From assembly GCA_963743205.1 (NCBI GenBank), contig CAVUOW010000003.1, positions 169,497-233,496 on the forward strand: DNA of 64,000 nucleotides. Reading direction: 5' to 3'. Both the position numbers and the translations under genes were made by a program. Shown piece after piece: positions 28,808-39,604 of this stretch. Numbering within the stretch: the stretch's first letter is position 1; the number at the start of each line of letters is the position of its first letter. Below the pieces are notes generated by a model. The model saw only the letters and a list, made by a program, of their open reading frames with translations, was not told the DNA's origin and searched no databases. Source of the DNA: Candidatus Aminicenantes bacterium (lineage in GTDB: Bacteria > Acidobacteriota > Aminicenantia > Aminicenantales > Saccharicenantaceae).

Positions 28808-29650
28808 ATGAAGGTCCGATACGGATGCGAAGAGGGCGAGCTTTCTCATTACACGTGTTTCCGCACGTCCCATAAGCTCGCGATCGACGGCCGCCTGGAC
28901 CGGCCGGCCTGGCGCGAGGCACCCAAGTCCCGCCGGTTCGTCGATCTCGTGAACGGCGTTCCCGGTTTTCTTGAAACGCGCATGGCCTCGCTCTGGGACG
29001 ACGACTACCTCTACGTCGCTTTTTGGGTGAGCGAGCCGAACGTCCAAGCGAAGCTCCTCGAGCGCGACTCGCTCGTCTGGACCGAGAACGACGTCGAGAT
29101 CTTCATCGGCGGAGAAGACTGCTACTACGAGTTCCAGATCAACGCCCTGGGTACGATCTACGAGGTCTTCTACATCTGGCAGGACGCGCTGAAGAAGGGC
29201 AGCCGCTTCGACCTGCCGGAGTTCGATCTCCGGGCCCGGCGCGTCGACGTCATCGGCGGCTTCCAGGACGGCATGCGCTACGGCAAACACCCGCGGGGCC
29301 TGCGTTGGGCTTTCATGGATTGGGACCTTCCGGGGTTGCGCGCGGCGGTCCAGGTCCAAGGGACGCTCAACAACCCTGCCGACATCGACGAGGGCTGGAC
29401 GGCCGAGATCGCCTTCCCGTGGCGCGGCATGAAGCATCTCGCCGGCAGCCGCCCGGTCCCGCCGCGGGACGGCGACGTCTGGCGCATGGATTTCTCCCGC
29501 TTCGAGCTTCTGGAGAATTGCGGCGTCACGGTCGAGCCGCACCCCGGCTGGGCCCTCAACAAGCACGGCGTCTACGACTCGCACATTCCCGAGTGCTTCT
29601 CGTTCGTGCATTTCTCGGGCCTGGACGCGGCCGACATCCCCCAAAGATAA
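28808..29650 (+). CDS. CBM9/DOMON-like carbohydrate-binding-family protein
   Basis: Start moved to ATG 28808, because the 28769 start lies inside repeat A3. IDGRLDRPAWREAP...WDDDYLYVAFW...ENDVEIFIGG pattern as in family-9 carbohydrate-binding modules. Confidence 0.5.
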   Translation: MKVRYGCEEGELSHYTCFRTSHKLAIDGRLDRPAWREAPKSRRFVDLVNGVPGFLETRMASLWDDDYLYVAFWVSEPNVQAKLLERDSLVWTENDVEIFIGGEDCYYEFQINALGTIYEVFYIWQDALKKGSRFDLPEFDLRARRVDVIGGFQDGMRYGKHPRGLRWAFMDWDLPGLRAAVQVQGTLNNPADIDEGWTAEIAFPWRGMKHLAGSRPVPPRDGDVWRMDFSRFELLENCGVTVEPHPGWALNKHGVYDSHIPECFSFVHFSGLDAADIPQR

Positions 29651-29660
29651 GGACAGGTCG

Positions 29661-31085
29661 ATGAAAACCCTTCTTAAGTCCGAGCGCTTCGCATCCGCGC
29701 TTATCGTCTCCCTCTTGGCCTTGACCTGCTTCGGGGCGTCCGCAGAGGCGGCGGCTGCTCGTGGCCAGCTCGAATTCGCCCCCGGAGTTGAAAGATACAG
29801 CATTCCTTTCCTTAGAAAAAGAGCCGCTCGCTCCAACGAGTGGCTGAAGATCCGCTTCGCCCGCGTCCTTCCCGAGCTTATGCGCCGCGAGGGGATCGAC
29901 ATGTGGATCGTCGTCTGCCGCGAGAACGCCGAGGACCCCGTCTACCCGACACTCGTGCCCCTGCCGAACATGTTCGCCTGGCGCCTCACGATGCTTGTCT
30001 TCTTCGACCGCGGCGCCGCCGAGGGCGTCGAGCGCATTTGCGTCAATCCCTACGGCAGCGGCGACTTCAACAAGGAGATCGGCTATCACTACCGGCCCGG
30101 CTGGACCGACCAGGCCGAGGATCCCTGGGCCCGCCTGGCCCGCATCGTCCAGGCGAGAGACCCGAAGCGCATCGCCATCGACGAGTCCGAGACGTTTCCC
30201 GTCGCCGACGGTCTCACGGCGACGCTCAAAACGCAGCTCGTCGGAGCGCTCGGACCGTTCTACGCCGCCCGCCTGGTCTCGGCCGAACGGCTGGCCGTGG
30301 GCTGGCTGGAAAAACGGACGCCCGCGGAGATCTTCTTCTTCTCTCAGCTCGCGGCCATCAACCGCGGCGTCGCGGCCGAGGCGCTGTCCGCGAAGGTCAT
30401 CAAGCCGGGCGTCACCACACTCGACGACCTCTCCTGGTGGACCCGCGAGCGTTTCGCCGGGCTTGGGGTCGAAGCCTGGTTCCAGCCGACGTTCTACATC
30501 CTGCGGCGGACCGGCCAAGGGCTCACGGAGGAGGCCGGCCGCGTCGTCCTGCCCGGCGACGTCGTCCGCTGCGATATCGGCTTTTCCTGCCTCGGCCTGA
30601 CGACCGACTGCCAAGAGGTGGCCTACATTCTTCGCGCGGGTGAGAACGAAGCCCCGCAGGGATTGCGCGAAGCGATGCTGCAGGCGAACCGCCTTCAGTC
30701 CATCCTCATCGCCGGATTCAAACAGGGCTTGACGGGGAACGAGATCCTGGCCGCGGCGCTGCGCCAGGCCAGGGCCGAAGGGATCAAGCCCAGAATCTAC
30801 TCCCATCCGTTGAATTATTACGGCCACGGCGCGGGCACGAGGATCGGTCCGGGGGAGAGCGTCCCCGGAATGGGCGACTATCCCCTCACCAGCGACACCT
30901 GCTGGGCCATCGAGCTCAGCGTCGCCGCGGTCATCCCCGAATGGGGCGGCCAGGAGATCCAGCTGGCCCTCGAGGAGAGCGCCGTCTTTGCTTTCGCCAA
31001 CGTCCGCCCTCCCGTCCCGGAAGTCCGCTACCCCGCCGGCCGCCAGATCAAGTTCCATCTCATCCAAGGGGTCGCGGTCAAATAA
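29661..31085 (+). CDS. M24-family metallopeptidase (Xaa-Pro aminopeptidase-like), secreted
   Basis: 474 aa with a signal peptide. Creatinase/prolidase-like N-terminal part, then a pita-bread-like C-terminal part (VLPGDVVRCDIG...YSHPLNYYGHGAG...ALEES). Confidence 0.55.
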   Translation: MKTLLKSERFASALIVSLLALTCFGASAEAAAARGQLEFAPGVERYSIPFLRKRAARSNEWLKIRFARVLPELMRREGIDMWIVVCRENAEDPVYPTLVPLPNMFAWRLTMLVFFDRGAAEGVERICVNPYGSGDFNKEIGYHYRPGWTDQAEDPWARLARIVQARDPKRIAIDESETFPVADGLTATLKTQLVGALGPFYAARLVSAERLAVGWLEKRTPAEIFFFSQLAAINRGVAAEALSAKVIKPGVTTLDDLSWWTRERFAGLGVEAWFQPTFYILRRTGQGLTEEAGRVVLPGDVVRCDIGFSCLGLTTDCQEVAYILRAGENEAPQGLREAMLQANRLQSILIAGFKQGLTGNEILAAALRQARAEGIKPRIYSHPLNYYGHGAGTRIGPGESVPGMGDYPLTSDTCWAIELSVAAVIPEWGGQEIQLALEESAVFAFANVRPPVPEVRYPAGRQIKFHLIQGVAVK

Positions 31086-31154
31086 AGGAATGGGTCCGGC
31101 CGGCCTCGCCCCGTCATGGCCAAGCCAAGTCGGGGGCCTGCGATGGGGCGCCGG

Positions 31155-31886
31155 TCAGGAAGTCGATTCCCCGAGCCGGTCGAGGAAAACGCGGCGGACA
31201 CGCTCGATGAGCTCGTCGATATTGTCCTTGCTGTAGCCCGCTGTCGGGACCGCGGGTTCGATGGACACTTCGACGCGTCCGGGCCGGACGAGCTTGCTGC
31301 CCTTATGGTTGATCGCGAACGCTCCCTGCTGGACGACAGGCAGGATGTCGAAGCCCGTTTCGACGGCCATGAAGAACCCGCCCCGCTTGAACGGACCGAG
31401 ATGGCCGTCGAGCGTCCGCGTCCCCTCCGGCATGATGCCGAACGAGAAGACGCCGCGTTCCCGGACCCAAGCGGCCGCCCGGCGCAGGGTCTCGACCGCA
31501 CTGGCGGTATCTTTGCGGCTGATCGGGAACATGCCCAGCCGGCGGATCGTCCCGCCGTAAACCGGCCAGCGGAAGTGGCTCTCCTCCTCGACCCCGCGGA
31601 GCGCAGGCGGAAAGGCGATCTGGAAGACGAACGGGTCGAAAAAGTTGACGTGGTTCATCATGGCGATGTACTGCCGGCCGGGAACGAGGTTCTCGCGCCC
31701 GCTCACGCGGACCCGCACGCCGCAGACGAAGAGGATGGCCCGGCAGCCGGTCTTGAGCAGGGCTTCGAGGGCGCGCCCGCGGAGGACGAAGGAGCCGAGC
31801 CCGACCAGGATGCAGGCCGCGAGAAAGACCGGAAAGGCGATGAGCCAGATGAGGAGCGACCGCAGCCGATCGAAGAGCTTTCTCAT
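31155..31886 (-). CDS. plsC: 1-acyl-sn-glycerol-3-phosphate acyltransferase
   Basis: Internal ATG 31886 of the 551-aa ORF gives a 243-aa protein with an N-terminal TM helix, HX4D motif NHVNFFD and PEGTR motif. Confidence 0.8.
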   Translation of the reverse strand: MRKLFDRLRSLLIWLIAFPVFLAACILVGLGSFVLRGRALEALLKTGCRAILFVCGVRVRVSGRENLVPGRQYIAMMNHVNFFDPFVFQIAFPPALRGVEEESHFRWPVYGGTIRRLGMFPISRKDTASAVETLRRAAAWVRERGVFSFGIMPEGTRTLDGHLGPFKRGGFFMAVETGFDILPVVQQGAFAINHKGSKLVRPGRVEVSIEPAVPTAGYSKDNIDELIERVRRVFLDRLGESTS

Positions 31887-31897
31887 GGGCGCACCGA

Positions 31898-32810
31898 TCA
31901 GGCCAGGAACACGATCTCGGACGGCAGGACTTTGAGGCGCAGCGGCGTCCACCCGATGAGCTCGCCGTCGGCCATGAGCCGGAGCGGCGGGTCGGACTCG
32001 ACCGAGATCGAGGCCGCCTGGATCGTCTCGACCTTCGGGTGGGCGAGGTGCTTGCCGGAGAAGACGCCGGCGAAGATGGCCACGATCTCGCGGCGGTTGA
32101 CGCCGTTGAAGAGGATGATGTCGGCCCGGCCGTCGGAGGTGTCGGCGGGCGGGGCGATCTTCATCTTGCCGCCGGTGAACTTCGAGTTGGAGACGACGAG
32201 CGCGCTGTTCGCGACCTCGAGCTTGCGGCCGTCGGCCTCGATGGTGATGCGGTTCGACATGCCCCGGATGAGGCGGACGAGGACGGCGAGACTGTAGCCG
32301 GCCGCGCCCAGGAACTTGAGGCGCTCGTTCGTGAGCTGGAGGATGTCGGCGATGAGTCCGACGCCGATGATATTGAGGGAGTGGCGGTGGACGATCGGCC
32401 CGTCGGCGCGGTCCTCCCGATAGCTGAACTCGACCAGGTCGACCTTGCGCCGGCGTCCCGCGAGGATCGTGTCGAGCGCTCCCTCGGGCGTCGTGACGTC
32501 GAAGTCGCGGAGGAACGAGTTGCCGGTCCCGGCCGGGATCTGGCCGATCTCGGGCAGGCGAGCGGGGCGGCCGGAGGCATAGAGCCCGTTGATGAGCTCG
32601 TAGGGCGTGCCGTCGCCGCCGAGACAGATCAGCCGGTCGTAGCCGGCGCCGGCGGCTTCGCGGCCGATCTCGATCGCGTGTCCCGGCGTACTCGGAGAAG
32701 CGGACCTCGAGCCCGGGGAAGGCGGCGCGCAGGCGCGGTTCGAGGCGCTCATAGACCTTCTTGCCGCGGCCGTGGCCGGCGGCGGGATTGACGACGAGCA
32801 GCGTCTTCAT
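31898..32810 (-). CDS. diacylglycerol/lipid kinase (YegS/BmrU family), frame break
   Basis: N-terminus MKTLLVVNPAAGHGRGKKVYERLEP...EVRFSEY (frame of the 32810 ORF) continues as GHAIEIGREAAGAGYDRLICLGGDGT in the 31898..32752 frame. Break near 32680-32695 (GCCGGGACAC). Confidence 0.7.
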
Positions 32811-32935
32811 GGTGAGCCGAGGGGGACTTATAGCACAAGGCTTACGAAATAAAAAGGCCTCGACCGGCGGGGTCCTGAGTCAATCCCGGGTGGCCCGGGA
32901 CGACTAAACTTGTGGTATTTTTGAAAGGAGCGCCC

Positions 32936-33487
32936 ATGAAAAAGCTAAGCGCTATTCTATTCGTTCTTTTGTTCGCCGGGGCGGCCTTCTCCCAGGCGCA
33001 GGTCCTTCCGGGGAAGTTCGAGCTCGGCACGTCGGTCACTTATTTCAATCTCAAGTTCGACAGTGACACCAGCTCCATGAGCTACCTGAATATTCCCGTC
33101 CGTTTCGGCTGGTACTTCTGGCAAGGCCTCGAGATCGAGCCTGAGGTCGAGGTCTTCATCCCGATGGGCAGCACGAGCGGAGACACGACCTACTTCTTCC
33201 AGGGCAAGCTCCTCTACAACTTCCGCCTGCCCGGGGGGGTCGAGCCGTTTATCGGGGGCGGGGCCGGCGTCGGCAACGGCATTCCGTTCTTCGGCGTCGT
33301 CGAAGGCGGCAAGGATTATAAGATCTTCAGCTACATGGGGCTGGCCGGCATCAAGTTCCGCCTCGGCAACTCGGCCGCGATCCGCGTCGAGTACAGGTTC
33401 AACCGCTTCAGCTGGCAGGTGCCCTTGTTCGAGAAGGAGTGGGGAAACCTCCACCGTGTCCTGGTCGGCATCTCGGTCTTCCTGTAG
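32936..33487 (+). CDS. small outer-membrane beta-barrel protein (OmpW/porin-like)
   Basis: ATG 32936 preceded by AAAGGAG. Signal peptide MKKLSAILFVLLFAGAAFSQA. Alternating beta-strand pattern. Ends ...VGISVFL. Confidence 0.6.
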   Translation: MKKLSAILFVLLFAGAAFSQAQVLPGKFELGTSVTYFNLKFDSDTSSMSYLNIPVRFGWYFWQGLEIEPEVEVFIPMGSTSGDTTYFFQGKLLYNFRLPGGVEPFIGGGAGVGNGIPFFGVVEGGKDYKIFSYMGLAGIKFRLGNSAAIRVEYRFNRFSWQVPLFEKEWGNLHRVLVGISVFL

Positions 33488-33505
33488 GCCGACCCCTCGG
33501 CTGGG

Positions 33506-33537
33506 ACGTCCCCAGAAATGGGGACGTTTCTGTTTTT
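33506..33537 (+). terminator. Rho-independent terminator
   Basis: ACGTCCCCA-GAAA-TGGGGACGT (9-bp stem, GAAA loop) followed by TTCTGTTTTT, 19 nt after stop 33487. Confidence 0.55.
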
Positions 33538-33626
33538 CGGGCCCTGATCTTCCCGCAAGCGGCGGCTCATTGTGTCCAGCTATTGGACAATATAGGGGTC
33601 TGAGAGCCTTTCCTGCGACTAAATCC

Positions 33627-33656
33627 TTGGATTAGGATGTCGGGTTGGGTTATAAT
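33627..33656 (+). promoter_or_regulatory. putative sigma70-type promoter
   Basis: TTGGAT-18 nt-TATAAT (TATAAT at 33651-33656) upstream of ATG 33699. Pattern only. Confidence 0.3.
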
Positions 33657-33698
33657 GTAGAGTCGAAAGCATTTCCCGACATCGGAGAGAGCGAATTG

Positions 33699-34583
33699 AT
33701 GAGTTATTCGAGGATCTTGGGTGTCGCCGGCCTTGCGGCGGCGATCGGACTTTGCGCCGGCTGTTCGGCGACGAGTGAGCAGCCCCCTGCCAGCAAGCAG
33801 GCCATCGTCATCGACCATCGCTCGGTCAACCTGGCCACGATCCCCACGACCTGGATCGACCAAGCCAAGACGACGCTCCATATCGCCTTCGGCCACACGT
33901 CGCACGGCACCCAGCTGACGTCGGGGATGACCGGCCTCGCCGGGTGGAAGGGACCCCTCTACAACTGGACGAGCGGTGGCACCGACGGTTCGCTCGACCT
34001 CAGGGATTTCAACGGCAATTTCGGGAGCCTGGGCGTCGCCAACGACCTCGGGGACCCGAACCGGACGGCCTGGGAGCAGGCCACGCGGACCTACCTCGCC
34101 CAGAATCCGGCGGTCAACGTCATCATCTGGGCGTGGTGCAGCCAGGTCGACGGCTCCGAATCGAGCATCCAGCAGTATCTCGACTTGATGAGCGGGCTCG
34201 AGCGGGACTATCCGGGCGTCAAATTCGTCTATATGACCGGCCACACGGACGGCGCGCCTCCTTCGGGGAACGTGCCGGCGCGGAACAAGCAGATCCGCGA
34301 TTATTGCCTGGCCAATGCCAAGATCCTCTATGATTTCGCCGACATCGAGAGCTACGACCCGGACGCGGCGTACTTCGGGGACAAGCTTGTCAACGACGCC
34401 TGCTATTACGACAGCAACGGCGACTCGTCCCGGGACCGGAACTGGGCGGTCGATTGGCAAAACGCCCACCCGGCGGAGTGGTACAGCTGCTCCTCGGCCC
34501 ATTCGCAGCCGCTCAACGCCAACATGAAGGCGTACGCGGCGTGGTGGCTGTGGGCGCGGCTGGCGGGTTGGGACGGGAAGTAA
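33699..34583 (+). CDS. hypothetical lipoprotein
   Basis: ATG 33699 gives MSYSRILGVAGLAAAIGLCAGCS (lipobox LCAGC). No family recognised. Confidence 0.55.
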   Translation: MSYSRILGVAGLAAAIGLCAGCSATSEQPPASKQAIVIDHRSVNLATIPTTWIDQAKTTLHIAFGHTSHGTQLTSGMTGLAGWKGPLYNWTSGGTDGSLDLRDFNGNFGSLGVANDLGDPNRTAWEQATRTYLAQNPAVNVIIWAWCSQVDGSESSIQQYLDLMSGLERDYPGVKFVYMTGHTDGAPPSGNVPARNKQIRDYCLANAKILYDFADIESYDPDAAYFGDKLVNDACYYDSNGDSSRDRNWAVDWQNAHPAEWYSCSSAHSQPLNANMKAYAAWWLWARLAGWDGK

Positions 34584-34600
34584 GCGCCAAGCCAGCCTGA

Positions 34601-36717
34601 CTATTTCTTCGCTAAAGCCTCTTTGATGCGCGCCGCCGTCATGGGCAGCATGGTCATGCGGACGCCGATCGCGTCGTTGATGGCGTTGGCGACGACGGCT
34701 CCCATGACCGTGATGGCCGGCTCGCCGCATCCCTGCGGCGCCAGATCGGGGTTGTCGACGAGGACGACCTCGATCTTCGGCAGCCACGACATGCGCGGCA
34801 GCTCGTAGGTGTCGTAGTTCTCGTCGAGGACCGCGCCGTCCTTGAACCGGATCTCCTCGGTCAGGCAATAGCCGAGGCCCATGGTGATGCAGCCTTCGAT
34901 CTGCATCCGCGCGCCCTCGGGGTTGATGACCTCGCCGGTGTCCTGGGCGCAGACGACGCGCAGGACCTGGACATGGCCGCTCGCTTTGTCGACCGCGACT
35001 TCGGCCATCGTGGCGAGATAGGTCCCCAGGTAATCGGTGATGGCCATGCCGTAGCCGTGGCCGGACGGGGCTTTAGCGAACGTGTGACCGAACTTGTCGG
35101 CCGCGGCCTGGACGACCTTCTTCATCCGGGCGTCCGTCAGGTTGGCCAGCCGGAAGGAGAGCGGATCCATGCCGGCCGCTTCGGCCATGACGTCGATATG
35201 GGATTCGGTGGCGAAGATATTGGTGTTGCTGCCGGGCCCGCGCCAGGCGCCGGTGCCGAAGGGATGGACGCCCTCCGCGCCGCCGAAGCCGCCCCCGTAG
35301 CCGGTGACGCGCTTGTGCGGGATGTCGTAGACCGGCTGGGAGCTCCGGCTTCCGGCGTGATAGTTCTGATAATCCCAGAGGACGATCCGGTTTTGGGCGT
35401 CGAGGCCCGAGCGGATGTCGTAGGTCGCGGCCGGACGGAAGGTGTCGTAGAAGAACTCCTCTTTGCGCGACCAGGCGACCTGGACCGGTTTGCCCGCGAT
35501 CTTGGCCAGGCGCGCCGCCTCGACGATCTGCGCCCCCGCGTTCTTGCCGCCGAAGCCGCCGCCGACGAAGGGCGTGCGGACGCGGACGTTCGGGACGTCC
35601 AGGCCGAGCAGCTTGGCGATCTCCTGCTGGACCCGGAACGGCGATTGCGTCGAGGCCCAGACCTCGGCCTTGTCTCCGTCGATGCGCACGACGGCCGTGT
35701 GCGGTTCGGACGGGGCGTGGGCGACGTACTGGGCGAAATAGGACTTCTCGACGATCTTCGTCGCCAGCTTGGCGCCCTCGTCGAGGTTCCCCGATTCGAT
35801 GACGACGTCGGTCCGCGCCGTGACCTCCTTGAGGTGGCGGAAGATGTTATCGTTGTCGAGCGTCGACGGGGACGGCTCGAACTCGGCTTTGATGAGGGTG
35901 ACGGCCTCGGCCGCGACGTCCGGTTTCGCGTGGAGAACGGCGATGAGGTCGCCGTCGCGGACGACCTGTGCGCCCGGGACCTTTTCGGCCGCGGAGGTGT
36001 CGGCGCTCTTGAGCTTGGCGCCATGGGCCGGCGGCCGGACGATCGCGGCGTAGAGCATGCCGGGAAGGCGGATGTCGCCCGAGAACTTGGCCTCGCCGGT
36101 GACCTTCGGCCGGACCGTCCGAGCGCAGGGTCGGTCTTGCCCGTGACGGTGTGCGCGGCGACGGGCTTGATCGGCGGCTTCTTCTCCAGGCGGACCTCGA
36201 TCTTTTTGCCGCCGATGAGGTCGGCGTAGGTCGCTTTTTTCGACGGCGACTTGAGGACGTAGACGGCGCCGTCCTTGGTCGCGAGGGCGTCTTCCGGCGC
36301 CCCGAGCTTGGTCGAGGCCAGACGGACGAGGATGCCGCGGGCTTCGGCCGCGGCCTGGCGCAGAGCCGGCCCGAAATACTTGATGCTGCGCGACCCGAAT
36401 GTGCCGCCGTCGTACGGACAGACGGCCGTGTCGCCCATGATCATGTCGACGGAGGCGAGCGGCACGTCGAGCTCTTCGGCCAGCATCATTTGGAGGGCCG
36501 TGAGCGTGCCCTGGCCCAGTTCGACCTTGCCGGAGAAGCCGGTCACGCGGCCGTCGGTGCCGACCTTGAGGTAGGCGTTGGGGTCGTCGGGATAGCCCTG
36601 GCCCTGGCCCTGGCCGCGCTGTCCGCCCTCTTGAGCGTCCAGGCCGTCGCCGGCCGCGAAGAAGACGACGAGGCCGCCGCCGGCGAGCTTGAGGAAGTCG
36701 CGGCGCTCGAGGGACAT
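34601..36717 (-). CDS. xanthine-dehydrogenase-family molybdopterin-binding subunit (IorB/aldehyde-oxidase-like), frame break
   Basis: Tat-type start MSLERRDFLKLAGGG at 36717 (frame of the 35137..36717 ORF). After ...HTVTGKTDPALGR the sequence continues as VRPKVTGEAKFSGDIRLPGMLYAAIV in the 731-aa ORF frame. Break near 36108-36125. Confidence 0.8.
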
Positions 36718-36782
36718 CTCGTCCGCCGCGGCCGTCGGGAACGGACATCGCGTATTCGTCGTCCTTGATGCGGGGCTTGATC

Positions 36783-37277
36783 TTAACGGGCGTCATGGTC
36801 CACCACCTTCATCTTCAGGGCCGCGGAGGCCTGCCGGACGGCGGCGATGATGCGTTTGTGCGTGCCGCAGCGGCAGATGTTGCCTTCGAGGGCGTCGGCG
36901 ATCTCGGCCTCGGTCGGGTCCGGCTTGCGGAGGAGCAGGGCGTAGGCCTCCATGATCATGCCCGGCGTGCAGTAGCCGCACTGCAGGGCGCCGTTGTCGA
37001 CGAAGGCCTGCTGGAGAGGGTGGAGGCGGCCGCCTTTGGACAGGCCCTCGATCGTCAGGACGCTCTTGCGTTCGACCTTGGAGACGGGAAGCGAGCAGGA
37101 GCGTTCGGGCTTGCCGTCGACGAGGACCGTGCAAAAGCCGCAATAGCCCTCGCCGCAGCCGTATTTCGTGCCGGTGTGTTCGAGGTCGGCGCGCAGGACC
37201 CACAGGAGCATGCGCTCCGGCGCGGTCTCGACGGCGACCTCCTTTCCGTTGAGCTTGAATCGGATCGTCTTGTCCAT
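36783..37277 (-). CDS. (2Fe-2S)-binding small subunit of the xanthine-dehydrogenase-family enzyme
   Basis: 164 aa with CGEGYCGFCTV and CGYCTPG...CRCGTH cluster motifs. Immediately upstream of the Mo subunit. Confidence 0.85.
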   Translation of the reverse strand: MDKTIRFKLNGKEVAVETAPERMLLWVLRADLEHTGTKYGCGEGYCGFCTVLVDGKPERSCSLPVSKVERKSVLTIEGLSKGGRLHPLQQAFVDNGALQCGYCTPGMIMEAYALLLRKPDPTEAEIADALEGNICRCGTHKRIIAAVRQASAALKMKVVDHDAR

Positions 37278-37342
37278 GCGGCCTCCGTGCGTGAGTCGTG
37301 GCCTTGCGGGGCTTGCTGGCCCCGTATCTAAATCTTAGCACA

Positions 37343-37577
37343 AATGGGGTCGGACCACAGCAATAAGAACTAAATCAATGACATAGGTCCATTTATGACG
37401 TTGCTGGAGGCTTAAAATCCGTGTTTTTGACCCCAAAAATGAGACTTGACCTATATGGACAACCATTTTGGCGATCGTTGTTTTTGGCCCAAAAAATGCG
37501 GGACTTAAGCACTCTAGTTCACAAAAAATGGGGTCAAATCACTGATAATGTTCCGATTGCTGTGGTCCGACCCCAAA
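37343..37577. mobile_element. family-B doublet B1 (two inverted ~100-nt arms; REPIN/MITE-like)
   Basis: AATGGGGTCGGACCACAGCAATAAGAACTAAATCAATGAC...GTTTTTGACCCCAAAAA ... GTTTTTGGCCCAAAAAA...GATTGCTGTGGTCCGACCCC. Ends anchored on the 37421 ORF frame. Confidence 0.85.
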
Positions 37578-37686
37578 GCCTTGAGCCGGGAGGCGGTTTT
37601 GGGATAATGTGAGCGGTAAGTGACGCCCCATATTGAGCGGGGCCGGCGCCCCGGGCGGACTCAAGTGGGATGGATGGAGGGAAATC

Positions 37687-39358
37687 ATGAAAAGAACCCG
37701 TAACACCTGGATCGCTCCATTGATCCGGCCAGCGATCATCGTCGCGTTGGCCGTGACACTCGGCATTGCCTGCGGCCCGTCGGCTGAGCCCCCCTCAAAA
37801 AAGGCGGCGGCGACGGCGAAGACGGTCGAGGCCGTTTTCCCTCTCGAGGAGGCGACGATCGCCGGTCTTCAGGAGATGATGACCTCGGGAAAGTCGACTT
37901 CGGAGCAGCTCGTCAAACTTTACTTCGAGCGCATCGATAAGGTCGACCAGGGTGGCTCGGGGCTTAATGCCGTGATCCAAAAGAACCCCGACGCCCTGGC
38001 CATCGCCCGCGAGCTCGACAAGGAGCGCAAGGAGAAGGGGCCGCGCGGACCGCTCCACGGCGTTCCCGTCCTGATCAAAGACAACATCGACACGGCCGAT
38101 CAGATGGAGACGACGGCGGGTTCGCTCGCCCTGCTCGGCTCCAAGCCGGCCAAGGATGCGTTCATCGTCAAGCGCCTGCGGGAGGCGGGGGCCGTCATCC
38201 TCGGCAAGACGAACCTCAGCGAGTGGGCGAATTTCCGTTCGTCGCGCTCGACCAGCGGCTGGAGCGGGCGAGGCGGGCAAACGAAGAACCCGTACGCGCT
38301 CGACCGGAACCCGTCGGGGTCGAGCTCGGGCACGGCGGCGGCCGTGTCGGCGAACCTCGTGACGGTGGGCATCGGAACTGAGACCGACGGTTCGATCGTC
38401 TCGCCGGCGTCGTGCTGCGGGATCGTCGGGCTCAAGCCGACCGTGGGGCTCGTCAGTCGCGCGGGGATCGTTCCGATCGCCCACTCGCAGGACACGGCCG
38501 GGCCGATGGCGCGGACGGTCAGCGACGCGGCGACGCTCCTCGGCGCGATGGCGGGGCCCGACCCGAACGACCCGGCGACGCAGCAGAACGGCGTCCACTT
38601 CTTCCAGGACTATCGGGATTTCCTCAAGCCGGGCGGGTTGCGCGGGGCGCGCATCGGCGTCCTGCGGGCGAAGGCTTTCAATTTCGTGAGCCGGCTCGAC
38701 CCCATTCTGCAGAACGCGATCGACGTCATGAAGGCGGAAGGGGCCGAGGTCATCGATCCCGTCGAATTTCCGACGCTCGGCAAGACGGACGACGCGGAGT
38801 ACGAGGTCCTTCTCTACGAGTTCAAAGCCGATCTCGAGACCTACTTTGCGGCGAGGCCGGGGGCGGCGGTGCGGACGTTGGAGGATCTCATCGCCTTCGA
38901 CCTGAAGAACGCCGACCGTGAGATGCCTTTCTTCGGCCAGGAGATCGTGGAGCAGGCGGCCAAGAAGGGCCCGCTGACCGACAAGGCCTATCTCGAGGCG
39001 CTGGCGAAGTGCCGCGAGCTCATGCGGGAGAAGGGCATCGACGCGGTGCTTGCGGCTCACAAGCTCGACGCGCTCGTCGTCCTGACGAACGGGCCGGCCC
39101 ACATGACGGACCTGGTCAACGGGGACTCGTTCTCGGGCAGCAGCTCGTCGCCGGCGGCGGTCGCAGGATATCCGACGATCACACTGCCGGCGGGGTGGGT
39201 CCTCGGCCTGCCGGTCGGGCGTCTCGCTTATCGGCAAGGCTTGGAGCGAACCGGAGCTGATCCGGCTGGCATTCGGCCTCGAACAAGCGCTGGGGATGCG
39301 GAAAGCTCCGCGCCTGCTCCCGACCTTGGATCTCAAAGGGGTCGGACCACAGCAATAA
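37687..39358 (+). CDS. amidase-signature-family amidase, secreted/lipoprotein-like; frame break near the 3' end
   Basis: ATG 37687 gives MKRTRNTWIAPLIRPAIIVALAVTLGIACG. Motifs VLIKDNIDT and NPSGSSSGTAAAV. After ...GLPVG (about 39214-39222, GTCGGGCGTC) the +1 frame reads VSLIGKAWSEPELIRLAFGLEQALGMRKAPRLLPTLDLKGVGPQQ*. The stop TAA 39356-39358 lies inside element B2. Confidence 0.8.
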
Positions 39359-39586
39359 GAATTAAATCAAATAGTTAGGGCCATTTTTCGGCCCTTAAAA
39401 GGCTTAAAATGGACGTTATTGATGCCAAAAACATAAAAAGAGAATTCCCAGGCGATCGCCTTATAGGCCGGGACGCAGACGAATCGCGCTTTTTGGCCCA
39501 AAAAACGCACGAATTAGGCCAAAATACAGGGGAAAACAATGGCTAAGTATGTGATTATATTTCGATTGCTGTGGTCCGACCCCATT
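39335..39586. mobile_element. family-B doublet B2
   Basis: AAAGGGGTCGGACCACAGCAATAAGAATTAAATCAAATAG ... TTTTTGGCCCAAAAAACGC ... CGATTGCTGTGGTCCGACCCCATT. Ends anchored on ORF 37633..39378 and ATG 39605. Confidence 0.85.
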
Positions 39587-39604
39587 AGAGATCGGAGGTA
39601 AAAT

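Noticed and set aside
37421-37612. Small ORFs inside family-B elements (also 44501..44704, 51344..51565, 41551..41790)
   Set aside because: They are not conserved in frame or sequence between element copies, lack an RBS, and are AT-rich low-complexity. Most likely non-coding.
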